Below, in pieces: positions 1-9,981 of a stretch of DNA of 64,000 nucleotides (positions within the stretch are counted from its first letter, which is position 1; each line of letters begins with the position of its first letter). The position numbers and the translations under genes were made by a program. The stretch comes from Gemmatimonadota bacterium (GTDB lineage Bacteria; Gemmatimonadota; Gemmatimonadetes; Palauibacterales; KS3-K002): NCBI GenBank assembly GCA_039586795.1, contig JBDHJS010000025.1, forward strand, positions 29,703 to 93,702, written 5' to 3'. The notes beneath the pieces were generated by a model. That model was not told the DNA's origin. It saw only the letters and a program-made list of their open reading frames with translations, and searched no databases.

Positions 1-596
1 TTAGTCCAAAGCCTTAGGTGAAGGTCATAGTTGCTCCCGGGCTTCTCAACTGATGTGTCGGCGCTGACTCCTGGTCTGATTCCGAGGTACACGCACTCCG
101 CTCCCGTCGGGACCTCGATGTCGCTCTCGGTGAACGAATGTGTCGGACCGCCGTCGTGGCCGTGATATATTGAAGCCAGGCGCTCGACAAAGGTACCTTC
201 AGTAGCTGGCGAAGTATCGCATTGCTTACCAGTCGCAAAGTAGAACTTGTCTAGGATGTAGTAGTCATTGGTCGGATGGTCATTCTCGTTGAAAGCAAAA
301 TCGATGTCGAAATTGAAAGTGTCCAGCGCGTCGTACTCCCAGCAGATATCAGGAGAGTTATGCGCAATACTATCGCCGTCAAGGTGGCCATTGAACGTCA
401 CTTCCTTAGTTGTACCGCCCACCTCGCAGGAATCCGTCGTATCAGTGCCTGCCAAGCCATCCGCCTGGACCCAAGGAAGGAACTCGTATGGTGAGGTCGG
501 GCTGTCGGTGCAACCGACGGCCACAATAGCAATGGCGCATGCCATCAACACGAGGCCGGTGATCACCAAAACGAAGGGTCGTTCTTTGCTGCTCAT
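1..596 (-). CDS. Putative lipoprotein, partial (runs off the window start; absent from the ORF track)
   Basis: Manual translation from ATG at 596: MSSKERPFVLVITGLVLMACAIAIVAVGCTDSPTSPYEFLPW... open for 198 codons to the window edge. It has a lipobox-like VAVG-C and an upstream GGAG/AGGTG SD-like sequence. Confidence 0.75.
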   Translation of the reverse strand, partial: MSSKERPFVLVITGLVLMACAIAIVAVGCTDSPTSPYEFLPWVQADGLAGTDTTDSCEVGGTTKEVTFNGHLDGDSIAHNSPDICWEYDALDTFNFDIDFAFNENDHPTNDYYILDKFYFATGKQCDTSPATEGTFVERLASIYHGHDGGPTHSFTESDIEVPTGAECVYLGIRPGVSADTSVEKPGSNYDLHLRLWT

Positions 597-748
597 AGTT
601 TCACCTACTCCTTCACTATCGGGACACACTAAACCGTCGCCCGGTCCTTATGGATACGGGCCTTGAACAATTGAACTGGCTTTAATGGATTGGGACTGTG
701 CGAGCGCTCGCCGAACGAGTATTCGAAGAAACGGCAGCTGAATAGGCC

Positions 749-2518
749 CTACTGCCGTCGTAGTCTCTGCATACTGCCGCCGTCGGTGGGCCAGCCGGCC
801 GTTAGCGGTGGCGTCCGCCCCCACACCGCGACCAGGTCGTTTTGATCACTCGCGTAGATTACGCCTTCGGGAGATACCGCTACCGAGCCGTACAAAGCGC
901 GACCAAGACTGGTGCGCCAAACCAATGACCCGTCGTCGTTGTTGACAACACAGATCTCATTTACACCTGGGTCTGTAGCGCACAGAACAACGAGCCGATT
1001 GTCTGACAGCAGCGCCGGCGCCGAACTACCCCAACTGCTGGTAACACGAAGCGTATCCGCCTCCCAGCGAAGGTTCCCGTCTCGGTCAAAGCTCCTGAGC
1101 CTTCTCCAGGACTGAACATAGATGTTCCCAGCCGCGTCAACTGCTGGGGAGGAAGGATCTCCGTCAGAGCGGCCTGAAGTCGCCCCATCCACTTGCCACT
1201 GCAAGACGCCGGTAGTGTCATATACAGCCACAGCGCCACTAAAGAAGGTTAAGACGATCCTATCCTCGAAGAGAGCGGGGTTCGAAAGCTCAAGGCCGCC
1301 ATCGGTCTGGATCGTCCAGTCAAGAGTCCCGTCAGACGAAACACGCGAGAGGTACCCATTCCACGCGCTATCCTTCCACCCTATGTAGATCTTGCCGCTG
1401 CTAGCAATTACGGGTGCGGCTCGCCAATCCATAATGCCCGATCCGTCAAGCAGAGTGCGCCATACTTCTGCCCCGCCTCCCGAGATGCGGGTGACTACTC
1501 GACCCTCATTCTCGTCGGAAGAGGCATCTACACACACCGCCGATCTATCATCATCAACGGCAACACCACTCCACGAGGTACCGCACATTGGGACGCTCCA
1601 TTCGAAGGATCCGTCAGGCGCGTTGCGTTGTAGGCAGCGGCCCCGAGTCGTGTAGACCGTACCGTCCGACATCACGCTTCCTGCTAAGTCTGCAAAGCAT
1701 GCGGGAACCGAGTAGGCTACGGTCCCGTCTGGGTTCACCACTGTTAGATTCCCGGGGGCCTGTTCAAACCTGACGGTGTAGATTCGGCCGGCAGCATCTA
1801 AAGAAGGGCCGCTCACTGTTTGGCTACCGGCTCCCTCCACGACCCACCTAAGGTCGCCGACATCTCCTACTCTCACCTCCACGCTGTCTTCGAACTCTCC
1901 ATTCATCAGCGCGAGCAAATACGCGGTTCCGCGACCGATCCCCTTCACGGTCGCCTCGCCACGTTGCGTCTGCATCAACTCTAGCACAGCATCGTCCGAG
2001 ATCGACCAGTCCACCGTATCCGGCAGTCCGGGCCCCGACCAGTACTCGACCTCAGCCTCGACTGTGGTCTCCTCCGCAAGGAAGATGGACGCCTGCTCCG
2101 GCAGCAGGGTCCCGTCGAGTGCGAGATCGACTCTAACTTCCGTGCTGTCCGTGAAGACCTCGTTCATCAAGGCGATCACGTAGGCTGTTCCCCGCGTGAG
2201 AGCTTTCACGCTGGCCTGACCCGGACCGGTTACCGATAGCTCAAGCCTAGTGCTGTCTGAGAGGGACCAGACAACGCTGTCTGGTGCACGTGAGCCCGAT
2301 GGATACTGAATAGTGGCTTGGATCGGCACTGATTGACCGAGAAGGACCGCAGTGTCGGTCGGAACCAGCCGCCCCGACAGCGCCTCTTCCGGGCTCGTGG
2401 TACTGTCGCACGCTCCGGCGAGAGCGAGAGCAGCAATTGCTATGAGTCCGAGCGTCGCACGGACGTGCCTAATCTCCGGCTTCGTGTCGGGAGTATCTTC
2501 AGGGAGGGAGATGCTCAT
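749..2518 (-). CDS. Lipoprotein with two tandem Ig-like repeats and a PQQ-like/BamB-type beta-propeller
   Basis: Lipobox LAGA-C; duplicated unit (VxWSxSD...GxAxVKxxxRGTAYxxALMNxxFxDSxEVRV); repeated DGxLxW and SSPAV propeller blades. True start is probably a later GTG. Confidence 0.75.
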   Translation of the reverse strand: MSISLPEDTPDTKPEIRHVRATLGLIAIAALALAGACDSTTSPEEALSGRLVPTDTAVLLGQSVPIQATIQYPSGSRAPDSVVWSLSDSTRLELSVTGPGQASVKALTRGTAYVIALMNEVFTDSTEVRVDLALDGTLLPEQASIFLAEETTVEAEVEYWSGPGLPDTVDWSISDDAVLELMQTQRGEATVKGIGRGTAYLLALMNGEFEDSVEVRVGDVGDLRWVVEGAGSQTVSGPSLDAAGRIYTVRFEQAPGNLTVVNPDGTVAYSVPACFADLAGSVMSDGTVYTTRGRCLQRNAPDGSFEWSVPMCGTSWSGVAVDDDRSAVCVDASSDENEGRVVTRISGGGAEVWRTLLDGSGIMDWRAAPVIASSGKIYIGWKDSAWNGYLSRVSSDGTLDWTIQTDGGLELSNPALFEDRIVLTFFSGAVAVYDTTGVLQWQVDGATSGRSDGDPSSPAVDAAGNIYVQSWRRLRSFDRDGNLRWEADTLRVTSSWGSSAPALLSDNRLVVLCATDPGVNEICVVNNDDGSLVWRTSLGRALYGSVAVSPEGVIYASDQNDLVAVWGRTPPLTAGWPTDGGSMQRLRRQ

Positions 2519-2770
2519 TCCCCTCGGCTCATGCTTGAAGGCGAGGCTAGCCCAGGCTCAGAATGAGATGAACAATGAAACGCACGAGGAACAATTCCGC
2601 TGCGGGACAACACCAGAACAATAGGTAATCTTATCCACATGGTCAAGCCTTCTGAGCAACCGTTGTATGAATTGGCCAACTTCTGAGCCCTGCGGCTCAA
2701 GCCCGCTCCTAGCCTACCAACTCGATCTGTAGCGTGAAGGGAAGCCTGACTCTGCGGTTTCTAACCGTCG

Positions 2771-3096
2771 ATGTCGATCGACGATCTCGCGAAGATCGAT
2801 GTTCGAGTAGGCACGATCGAGCGGGTCGAAGATATCGAACGGTCTGACAAGGCGGTCAAGCTCAGCGTGAACTTCGGCGATCACACCCGCACCATCCTCG
2901 CCGGCGTCAAGCAGGAGCGGGAAGACCTCGCCGAGCTCGAAGGCGCGCAAGCGTTGTTCGTCATCAACCTCGAGCCGCGCAAGATATGGGCGAGCTATCG
3001 GAGGGAATGCTGTTCGACATCGGGTAACCGGATGGCATCAAGCCCGCGCTCGCCGTGCCGGAACGGAGCGTCCCCAATGGTGCACGGTTGGGGTAG
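2771..3096 (+). pseudogene. CsaA/Trbp111-like OB-fold tRNA-binding protein, disrupted
   Basis: DLAKIDVRVGTI...NLEPRK, then a frameshift near 2984-2986 into MGELSEGMLFDIG*PDGIKPALAVPERSVPNGARLG. In-frame TAA at 3025-3027; native stop at 3094-3096. Confidence 0.8.
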
Positions 3097-3131
3097 CCAT
3101 TCAGAGGGCCTTCGGCGCATCTTTCTTCATC

Positions 3132-3692
3132 GTGGACGAACAACCGAAGTCGCTGTCCCCTGAAGACAGGCAGACGCTGCTGCAAGTGGCCCGGCTCGCC
3201 CTCGAGCAACGGCTGGGCGAGGGCAGGGTGCAGGCGTTCGATGCCGACTCGGAGGCGCTCTACGAACAGCGCGCCGTTTTCGTCACGCTGCGCAACCGCG
3301 AGAGCGGAGAACTGAGAGGCTGCAGGGGCGAGATACAAGAGCGCAGTCCCCTCATCGATGCGGTCGCCCGGATCGCCATCGCTTCCGCCACGGATGACGC
3401 CCGATTCCCGCCTGTCACCTTCGAAGAGCTTCCCGATATTCACATCGAGATCAGCGCCCTGACGCCCATGCGTCACATCGACCCGGAGGATGTCGAGGTC
3501 GGCCGCCACGGGCTGTGGGTCGTGCAGGGCTTCTACTCCGGATTGCTGCTGCCCGGCGTCCCGGTGCGTTTCGAATGGGACCGGGAGCAGTTCCTGAACG
3601 GAGTTTGTACGAAGGCGGGCCTGCCGGAAGACGCGTGGAAATCACCCGGCGCCGAGCTGTTCGGATTCGAAGCCGAAGTGTGGGAAGAGTAG
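3132..3692 (+). CDS. amrA: AMMECR1-domain protein (AmmeMemoRadiSam protein A-like)
   Basis: AVFVTL...LRGCRG, DARFPPV, IEISAL, GLLLP, CTKAGL motifs. Confidence 0.9.
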   Translation: MDEQPKSLSPEDRQTLLQVARLALEQRLGEGRVQAFDADSEALYEQRAVFVTLRNRESGELRGCRGEIQERSPLIDAVARIAIASATDDARFPPVTFEELPDIHIEISALTPMRHIDPEDVEVGRHGLWVVQGFYSGLLLPGVPVRFEWDREQFLNGVCTKAGLPEDAWKSPGAELFGFEAEVWEE

Positions 3693-3696
3693 CGGC

Positions 3697-4296
3697 GTGG
3701 ACAGCCCACGTCTGATACTGGCCTCCCGCTCGCCGCGGCGTGCCGAGCTACTCGAGCGACTCGGTCTGGACTTCACGGTCAACGTCCCGGATGTCGACGA
3801 GTCGCTGGTGCCCGGCGAGAGTCCGGCGGATGCCGCGCACCGCCTCGCACGCCTGAAAGCGGAGTCCGTCCACGGTGATGGCGGTGCGTTGGTCATCGGC
3901 TGTGATACCCTTGTCGTGCACGGAGGCGAGATCCTGGGAAAGCCGGCTGACAGAAATGAAGCGGTAGAAATGGTCTGTCGGTTGAAGGGTGATGAGCACA
4001 TGGTTTACACCGGTGTCGCCATCGCCGCACCCGGTCGAACCGAAAGCGCGGTCGAAACGACCCGCGTCTGGTTTCGGGAGCTCGAAACTATCGAATGCCG
4101 GGAGTACGTGGCTACCCGGGAACCGATGGACAAGGCCGGCGCTTATGGTATACAGGGGTTCGGCGCGGCGATCGTGGAGCGGATTGAGGGTGACTATTTC
4201 AACGTGATGGGTCTACCGATCCAACGGCTTCTGGAGCTCTTTCGGCGATTCGGCTGGCGCTATGCCTTCCGGGCCGAACTCGTGCTGCTCAAGTAG
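3697..4296 (+). CDS. maf: Maf nucleoside triphosphate pyrophosphatase
   Basis: LILASRSPRR, CDTLV, ILGKP, DKAGAYGIQG, NVMGLP. Confidence 0.95.
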   Translation: MDSPRLILASRSPRRAELLERLGLDFTVNVPDVDESLVPGESPADAAHRLARLKAESVHGDGGALVIGCDTLVVHGGEILGKPADRNEAVEMVCRLKGDEHMVYTGVAIAAPGRTESAVETTRVWFRELETIECREYVATREPMDKAGAYGIQGFGAAIVERIEGDYFNVMGLPIQRLLELFRRFGWRYAFRAELVLLK

Positions 4297-4403
4297 GTCT
4301 CCAGTCGGCGGCGGGAATCCGGGAGCCCGCTTGCACACTGTGACTTCTCTCATTTTTGAAGATTAACCTGGGTGTTTGGCCCACCTAGAGGAGGAATGCA
4401 GAC

Positions 4404-5681
4404 ATGATGAAGCGCGGAACTGGACTGACGTTGATGGTCGTAGCCGTAGTGGCGTTAGCGATTGGCTACTTGGTCGGGCGCACGGGCGACAATTCTGTGG
4501 GCGCCCAGGAGGTGAGCCCCACGGAGCCGCACGAACGCGACTTCTACGTCCCCAACAGCGAGGCCCTGGCCCGGGACGAGATGCGGGTCATCGCGTGCGG
4601 CACCGGAATGCCCACGACGCGCGCGGCCCAGGCGGCCGCCTGCTTCCTGGTCGAGCTGGGTAACGGCGATAAGTTCTTGTTCGACGTCGGCTCCGGTTCG
4701 GCTGAGCGTATCTCGTCGCTTCAGATTCCTTACGACTATCTCGACAAAGTCTTCATTGGCCACCTCCACGCCGACCACTTTGGGGCGCTCGGGGAACTGT
4801 TCATCGGGGGCGCGCTTATGGGACGCCACGTGCCGCTCCGCATCTGGGGGCCGAATGGCCCGGTGCCGGAGCTCGGCACTGCCTACGCCGTGGACAAGAT
4901 GGTCGAGATGTACACCTGGGATCTCGCGGGCCGCTACGGTATGACGGACACCCGCGGCCTGACGGTTGACGTCACCGAATTCGACTATACGGGTGAGAAC
5001 CACGTGGTCTACCAAGTGAATGGGGTGACGATTCGGGCGTGGCCGGCCATTCATGCCATTGATGGTCCGGTGAGCTACAGCTTGGAGTGGAACGGCCTCA
5101 AGTTTGTGTTCAGCAGTGACACGTATCCCAATCGTTGGTTCAACCAGTATGCCTTGGATGCCGATCTGGCCATTCACGAGTGCTTCGTAGCGGTACCGGC
5201 GATAGTGAATAAGCTCGGTTTCACGCCCGAGGCGGCGCTCATGGTGGGGACGCAAATCCACACCGCCCCCGAGGCGTTCGGCAAGGTGATGAGCACGATT
5301 CAGCCGCGCATGGCAGTGGCCTATCATTTCTTCAAGGACTTCGACACGACGGGGGATGTGTACGAGCGGATCAAGAAGACATATGACGGCCCCTTGAGCC
5401 TGGCCGAAGACTTCATGGTCTGGAACATCACGAGGGACGAGGTCCGCGTGCGCATGGCCGTCGTCGAGGAACGCACCTGGTCCCCGCCGCTTGCCAGTCC
5501 GGCCATCGCTCCCGATATGGCGGATCGAGCGGCCATGAGCGAGCAGTTGGGTTGGGAGATCGGTTACTCGGACTTCATAGAGAGCGGCATCTTTGACGTG
5601 GATGATGTTCTGCGGCCGATCTACGAGGAAGCGAGCGCCATCGTTGGCCGGGAGTTCCCCTATCCCGAGCGCAACCGGTAG
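4404..5681 (+). CDS. Exported/anchored MBL-fold metallo-hydrolase (RNase Z/arylsulfatase AtsA-like, GntH-like)
   Basis: N-terminal hydrophobic helix, GTGMP, FDVGSG, HLHADH, FSSDT, IHE, QIHT; SD GAGGAGG. Confidence 0.85.
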   Translation: MMKRGTGLTLMVVAVVALAIGYLVGRTGDNSVGAQEVSPTEPHERDFYVPNSEALARDEMRVIACGTGMPTTRAAQAAACFLVELGNGDKFLFDVGSGSAERISSLQIPYDYLDKVFIGHLHADHFGALGELFIGGALMGRHVPLRIWGPNGPVPELGTAYAVDKMVEMYTWDLAGRYGMTDTRGLTVDVTEFDYTGENHVVYQVNGVTIRAWPAIHAIDGPVSYSLEWNGLKFVFSSDTYPNRWFNQYALDADLAIHECFVAVPAIVNKLGFTPEAALMVGTQIHTAPEAFGKVMSTIQPRMAVAYHFFKDFDTTGDVYERIKKTYDGPLSLAEDFMVWNITRDEVRVRMAVVEERTWSPPLASPAIAPDMADRAAMSEQLGWEIGYSDFIESGIFDVDDVLRPIYEEASAIVGREFPYPERNR

Positions 5682-5742
5682 GACCCGGTCAGACACGATC
5701 GCTCGGTCTTTCGGCAAATGATCGAGCGACAGCTGCGGTGGG

Positions 5743-6813
5743 CTACTTCGCTTCCAGTTCCGCCAGGTAGGCCCGGCACTCGATCGACTCCAACGTCCGG
5801 GACTCATCTGTTTGAACAACGAAGTCGCCCAACTTGCCGTCGGGGGCTGGCTCGAACGTATCGATGTCCTCCACGGGCCTGAGGACGACGATCATACGCG
5901 AGGTGCCGGGACGGTAATCGTCGAGGTGTTCCGGCGTGCCGGTGCCACGGGCGACGTGGAAACTGCCCACCATGTGCAGCACGAGGGCGTTGGGCTCCTG
6001 CGCCAGGTACTCCGAGATCCAGTACGCCATCGTCGCATCCCACAGCACCTGACTGTGCAGCTGGTTCCCCATGTTGCTGTGCGATCCGACGGGCGCCCGG
6101 GCCTGCACCGCCTCTTCGCCTTCCTCGGGCTCGGGGATCGGCAGGCCGCACTTCGTGCCCTCCTGCTCCATCACCTCGGATATGATGTGGATCCACTGAT
6201 CGCGGTATTCCTTGGAAGGCTGCCCGTAGGGCAGGGGCGCCAGGGTGGCCAGGGCCTCCGGGCTCAGATCGTTCAGCGACTCGCGCCCGTGCAGCGTCAC
6301 CCGGCTCGCGTAGCGCCGGGGTGCGTTCGACGCGATCACGGTCAACCCGTTCTCCTTCGAGAACTCGATAAGCGGCCGGTAGTCGGTCTCGTACCTGGGC
6401 CACGGCCGACTGTCGGCGCGGAACGCCCGCTCGGTGATCAGGCCGGCCAGGTATTCGTCGAGGATCGGTTGGGCATCGCGCTGAAAGAACTCGAGGGAGA
6501 GCGCCAACGGCCGGGGCGCCCCATCGTTCGATCCCGGCGCTCCGTAGGCTTCGTACGCTCGCTGGAGCAACTCGGCCTCTAGCATGTGGCCGGTGGGGTC
6601 GTCGTGGGCCTCGCCGATGAAGACAACCTGGTGTCGCCCCATCTCGGCGACGATATCGTCGATCGAGGCGAGCTCGCCGGCCCCCGTGAACACGCGGTAT
6701 TCGCCCGCCACGTAGGCGGTGTCGGTGGACTGCGGGGCAGCGTCCTGTGCGTGCGCCGGCAGCGCGACCAGCAAAACGAGCGGCAGTGCCGCGAAAAGCG
6801 TCGTTCTGTTCAT
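5743..6813 (-). CDS. ChaN/EreA-like family exported protein
   Basis: Signal peptide AHA-Q, VVFIGEAHDD, LSLEFF, DYRPL, WDATMA, GSFHV; SD GGAG-like context. Confidence 0.85.
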   Translation of the reverse strand: MNRTTLFAALPLVLLVALPAHAQDAAPQSTDTAYVAGEYRVFTGAGELASIDDIVAEMGRHQVVFIGEAHDDPTGHMLEAELLQRAYEAYGAPGSNDGAPRPLALSLEFFQRDAQPILDEYLAGLITERAFRADSRPWPRYETDYRPLIEFSKENGLTVIASNAPRRYASRVTLHGRESLNDLSPEALATLAPLPYGQPSKEYRDQWIHIISEVMEQEGTKCGLPIPEPEEGEEAVQARAPVGSHSNMGNQLHSQVLWDATMAYWISEYLAQEPNALVLHMVGSFHVARGTGTPEHLDDYRPGTSRMIVVLRPVEDIDTFEPAPDGKLGDFVVQTDESRTLESIECRAYLAELEAK

Positions 6814-6971
6814 GGAGGGGATGATAATAATGTGATTCGCGCATGGGGAGACTGACGAACAACACTGATAAACACCGGGCTTGCCCGCCTGACCACGTTC
6901 GCTAGCTTGACGCCAATGTTCGCCTGCGCTTTGGCGCGAACTCCCACATTACGACTTCCACACCGACGACC

Positions 6972-8006
6972 GTGGCGATCGAGATTCCCCAGGCGGTCCG
7001 CTGGCACGACGATGCCGTGCGGATCATCGACCAGACGCTGCTCCCCGGCGAGTACCGGGAGATCAATCTGGTCGAGGTCGATGAGACCATCGAGGCGATT
7101 CAGGCGCTGAGAGTCCGCGGCGCGCCGGCGATCGGTATCACCGCGGCGATGGGACTGGTCGCTTCCCTCAAAGCGCACACTCAGAAATCGCTGGAAGAGT
7201 TTCACGAGCGACTGGCAGCGAACGCGGCGGCGATCCGCGCGGCGCGACCCACGGCGGTGAACCTCGCGTGGGCCATCGACCGGATGATCGCGCTGGCGGA
7301 CGAAGTGAATGACGCGACGAACGCGCAGCTCTGGGAGATCCTGCGGGAAGAAGCGGTCGCGATCCTGGAGGAAGACCGGGAGATGTGCCGGCTGATCGGC
7401 GAGCATGGGTTGGAGCTCGTCGGCTCGGGCGCCACGGTGATGACGCACTGTAACGCGGGCGCGCTGGCGACGGGCGGCATGGGCACGGCGCTGGCGCCGA
7501 TCTACACGGCGGCCGACCGCGGGATCGCGGTGAAGGTGCTGGCCAACGAAACCCGACCGCTGCTGCAGGGCGCGCGACTCACCGCCTGGGAGCTGAGCCG
7601 GGCGGGTGTCGAGGTGACGTCGCTCACCGACAACATGGCGGCGGCGGCGATGCGGGAGCTGGGCGTCGACCTGGTGATCGTGGGCGCAGATCGCATCGTG
7701 GCGAACGGGGATGTCGCGAACAAGATCGGGACCTACGGGTTGGCGGTGGCGGCGCGTCATCACGGTATCCCGTTCTACGTGGCGGCGCCGTCATCGACGT
7801 TCGATTTCGAGCTGGCGTCCGGCGACGAAATCCCCATCGAGCAGCGCAGCGCGGACGAGGTGCGCCACGGGTTCGGTCGACAGACGTTGCCGGATGATGT
7901 CGCGGTCTACAGTCCCGCATTCGATGTGACACCGGCGGAGTTGATCACGGGCGTCATCACCGAGCGGGGGATCTTCCGGCCCGGCGAATTCGAAGCGCTG
8001 CGGTAG
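6972..8006 (+). CDS. mtnA: S-methyl-5-thioribose-1-phosphate isomerase
   Basis: IDQTLLP, VRGAPAIG, ARPTAVNL, THCNAGALAT, ETRPLLQGARLT, GADRI, NKIGTY. Confidence 0.97.
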   Translation: MAIEIPQAVRWHDDAVRIIDQTLLPGEYREINLVEVDETIEAIQALRVRGAPAIGITAAMGLVASLKAHTQKSLEEFHERLAANAAAIRAARPTAVNLAWAIDRMIALADEVNDATNAQLWEILREEAVAILEEDREMCRLIGEHGLELVGSGATVMTHCNAGALATGGMGTALAPIYTAADRGIAVKVLANETRPLLQGARLTAWELSRAGVEVTSLTDNMAAAAMRELGVDLVIVGADRIVANGDVANKIGTYGLAVAARHHGIPFYVAAPSSTFDFELASGDEIPIEQRSADEVRHGFGRQTLPDDVAVYSPAFDVTPAELITGVITERGIFRPGEFEALR

Positions 8007-8016
8007 ACAGAGGGGT

Positions 8017-8403
8017 ATGAAGATCTATCGGGCGCGGCGAAAGACGGTTCTCTGGACTAACGGCATCCTCGTACTGATCGGGCTGCTGTGTGTCTTCGGC
8101 ATCGTCTTCGCGGAGCCAGCGATCCTCTATGCCGTGTTCCTGATGTTCACTCTCTTCCGCTGGTATCAGATTCTGAGGGTCCCCATCGAAGTGACGATTC
8201 ACGATGACGGCGCGTTGGAGTTCCGCGGCGTCATCGGCATGCGCAAGATTCAGCCGAAACAGATCGAACGATTGAAACGGGTGGGGCGCGGCATCTATAT
8301 CGAACATCCGGAGGGAACGTTCAACCTCTACGGCAACATGGAGGGGATCGAGGAGCTTCTCGCATACATGACGAACGTGAATCCGAATCTGGAGCGCGTC
8401 TGA
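8017..8403 (+). CDS. Small membrane protein (two TM helices plus a bacterial PH-like domain)
   Basis: 128 aa ORF with SD GAGGGG, two hydrophobic helices and a soluble C-terminal part. Confidence 0.7.
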   Translation: MKIYRARRKTVLWTNGILVLIGLLCVFGIVFAEPAILYAVFLMFTLFRWYQILRVPIEVTIHDDGALEFRGVIGMRKIQPKQIERLKRVGRGIYIEHPEGTFNLYGNMEGIEELLAYMTNVNPNLERV

Positions 8404-8454
8404 TTCTTCAGCCGGACAACATGATCGCCACCTGATAGGTTACATGATAGCTAC

Positions 8455-9978
8455 ATGATCGACGACAAGAACGAACGGCGCGTGATACTCGCCATCGATC
8501 AGGGCACGACCGGAACGACAGTGCTTGCCATCGGGCACGACGGAGCCGTCGTCGGCCGCGCCTATAAGGAGATCGAGCAGTTCTACCCGCAGCCCGGATG
8601 GGTGGAACATGATGCGGAGGAGATCTGGCGCTCGGTGCAGATTACAATCGCTGGCGCGCTGGAGAACGGAAGTCTGAACGGTGATGATGTGGCGGCCGTC
8701 GGCATCACAAACCAGCGCGAGACCGTCGTGCTGTGGGACCGTGCGACCGGCGAGCCCGTTCACAAGGCGATCGTCTGGCAGTGTCGCCGCACGTCGGAAA
8801 CATGCCGCGAGTTGAAACGCGCCGGCCACGAACCACTGATCCGTAAACGCACCGGGCTAGTGATCGACCCCTATTTCTCTGGAACCAAGGTTGCCTGGTT
8901 GCTCGACAACGTCCCGGGCGCACGTGAGCGTGCGGAAGCTGGAGAGTTGGCGACGGGGACGATCGATAGCTGGCTCATCTGGAAGCTGACGGGAGGCGCA
9001 GTCCACGCGACGGAACCGACGAACGCGTCGCGAACCATGCTCTACCGCATCGACGAGCTGCGTTGGGATCCCGAGCTGTGCTCGATCCTCGGCGTGCCCG
9101 AGTCGTTACTTCCTGAGGTGAAGCCATCCGGTAGCGTCTTCGGTACGTCGGACGCGGCGGCCGCCGGGTTCGAAGCGCCGGTGGCATCCGCGTTGGGTGA
9201 CCAGCAGGCGGCGCTCTACGGTCAGGGTTGCTGGGAAGCGGGGATGGCGAAGTGCACGTACGGAACCGGTGCCTTTCTACTGGTGCACACCGGTGATGAG
9301 CTGGTCCCGTCGGAGCACGGCTTGCTGACTACGGTGGCCAGCGGCCCGCGCGGCGAAGCGGCGTACGCCTTGGAGGGCTCGGTCTTCATCGCCGGCGCCG
9401 CGGTGCAGTGGCTGCGCGATGAGTTGGGGATAATAGAGAGCGCGCCGGAGACGGAAGCGCTGGCCCGTTCGTTGGATTCGAACGACGGCGTCTACTTCGT
9501 CCCCGCGTTCGTCGGTCTCGGCGCGCCGCACTGGAACGCCGAGGCCCGGGGCACGCTGGTGGGGCTGACCCGGGGGAGCGGCCCCGCCCATTTCGCCCGG
9601 GCGTCGCTGGAGGCGATGGCCTACTCGGCAAAGGATCTGCTCGACGCGATGGCCTCCGACTGGGGTCAATCGATACAGGTGCTCAAAGCCGACGGCGGAG
9701 CGGCGGCCAACGATTGGCTGATGCAGTTCCAGGCTGACGTGACCGGCATACCTGTCGGCCGGCCGGCGCTGGTCGAGACGACCGCGCTGGGCGCCGCGGC
9801 GCTGGCGGGTCTGACGACGGGGTTCTGGTCGGATCCGGAGCGACTCGCCGAGGTGCAGAAGCTGGAGCGTCAGTTCGATCCGGCGATGCCGGCGGCGAAG
9901 CGCGACGAGCTGCTGGCCGGTTGGCAGCGCGCGGTTAAATCGGCGGCAACGTGGGCTTCTGGGGGCGAAAGTGAGTGA
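8455..9978 (+). CDS. glpK: Glycerol kinase
   Basis: AIDQGTT, GITNQRET, VWQCRR, DPYFSGTK, NASRTML, GDQQAAL, KCTYGTG, PAFVGLGAPHW. Confidence 0.97.
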   Translation: MIDDKNERRVILAIDQGTTGTTVLAIGHDGAVVGRAYKEIEQFYPQPGWVEHDAEEIWRSVQITIAGALENGSLNGDDVAAVGITNQRETVVLWDRATGEPVHKAIVWQCRRTSETCRELKRAGHEPLIRKRTGLVIDPYFSGTKVAWLLDNVPGARERAEAGELATGTIDSWLIWKLTGGAVHATEPTNASRTMLYRIDELRWDPELCSILGVPESLLPEVKPSGSVFGTSDAAAAGFEAPVASALGDQQAALYGQGCWEAGMAKCTYGTGAFLLVHTGDELVPSEHGLLTTVASGPRGEAAYALEGSVFIAGAAVQWLRDELGIIESAPETEALARSLDSNDGVYFVPAFVGLGAPHWNAEARGTLVGLTRGSGPAHFARASLEAMAYSAKDLLDAMASDWGQSIQVLKADGGAAANDWLMQFQADVTGIPVGRPALVETTALGAAALAGLTTGFWSDPERLAEVQKLERQFDPAMPAAKRDELLAGWQRAVKSAATWASGGESE

Positions 9979-9981
9979 ACG

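Noticed and set aside
712..725. CGAAC-GAGT-ATTCG, resembling a Gram-positive LexA box
   Set aside because: One mismatch, not upstream of an SOS gene, and no matching box seen before recA
3132..3692. Complete AmmeMemoRadiSam system
   Set aside because: Only the AMMECR1 component is here; no Memo or radical SAM partner in the window
4455..5819. Long antisense ORFs (also 23472-25100, 44336-45652, 52313-53650 and others)
   Set aside because: Shadow frames of high-GC coding genes, with no recognisable motifs
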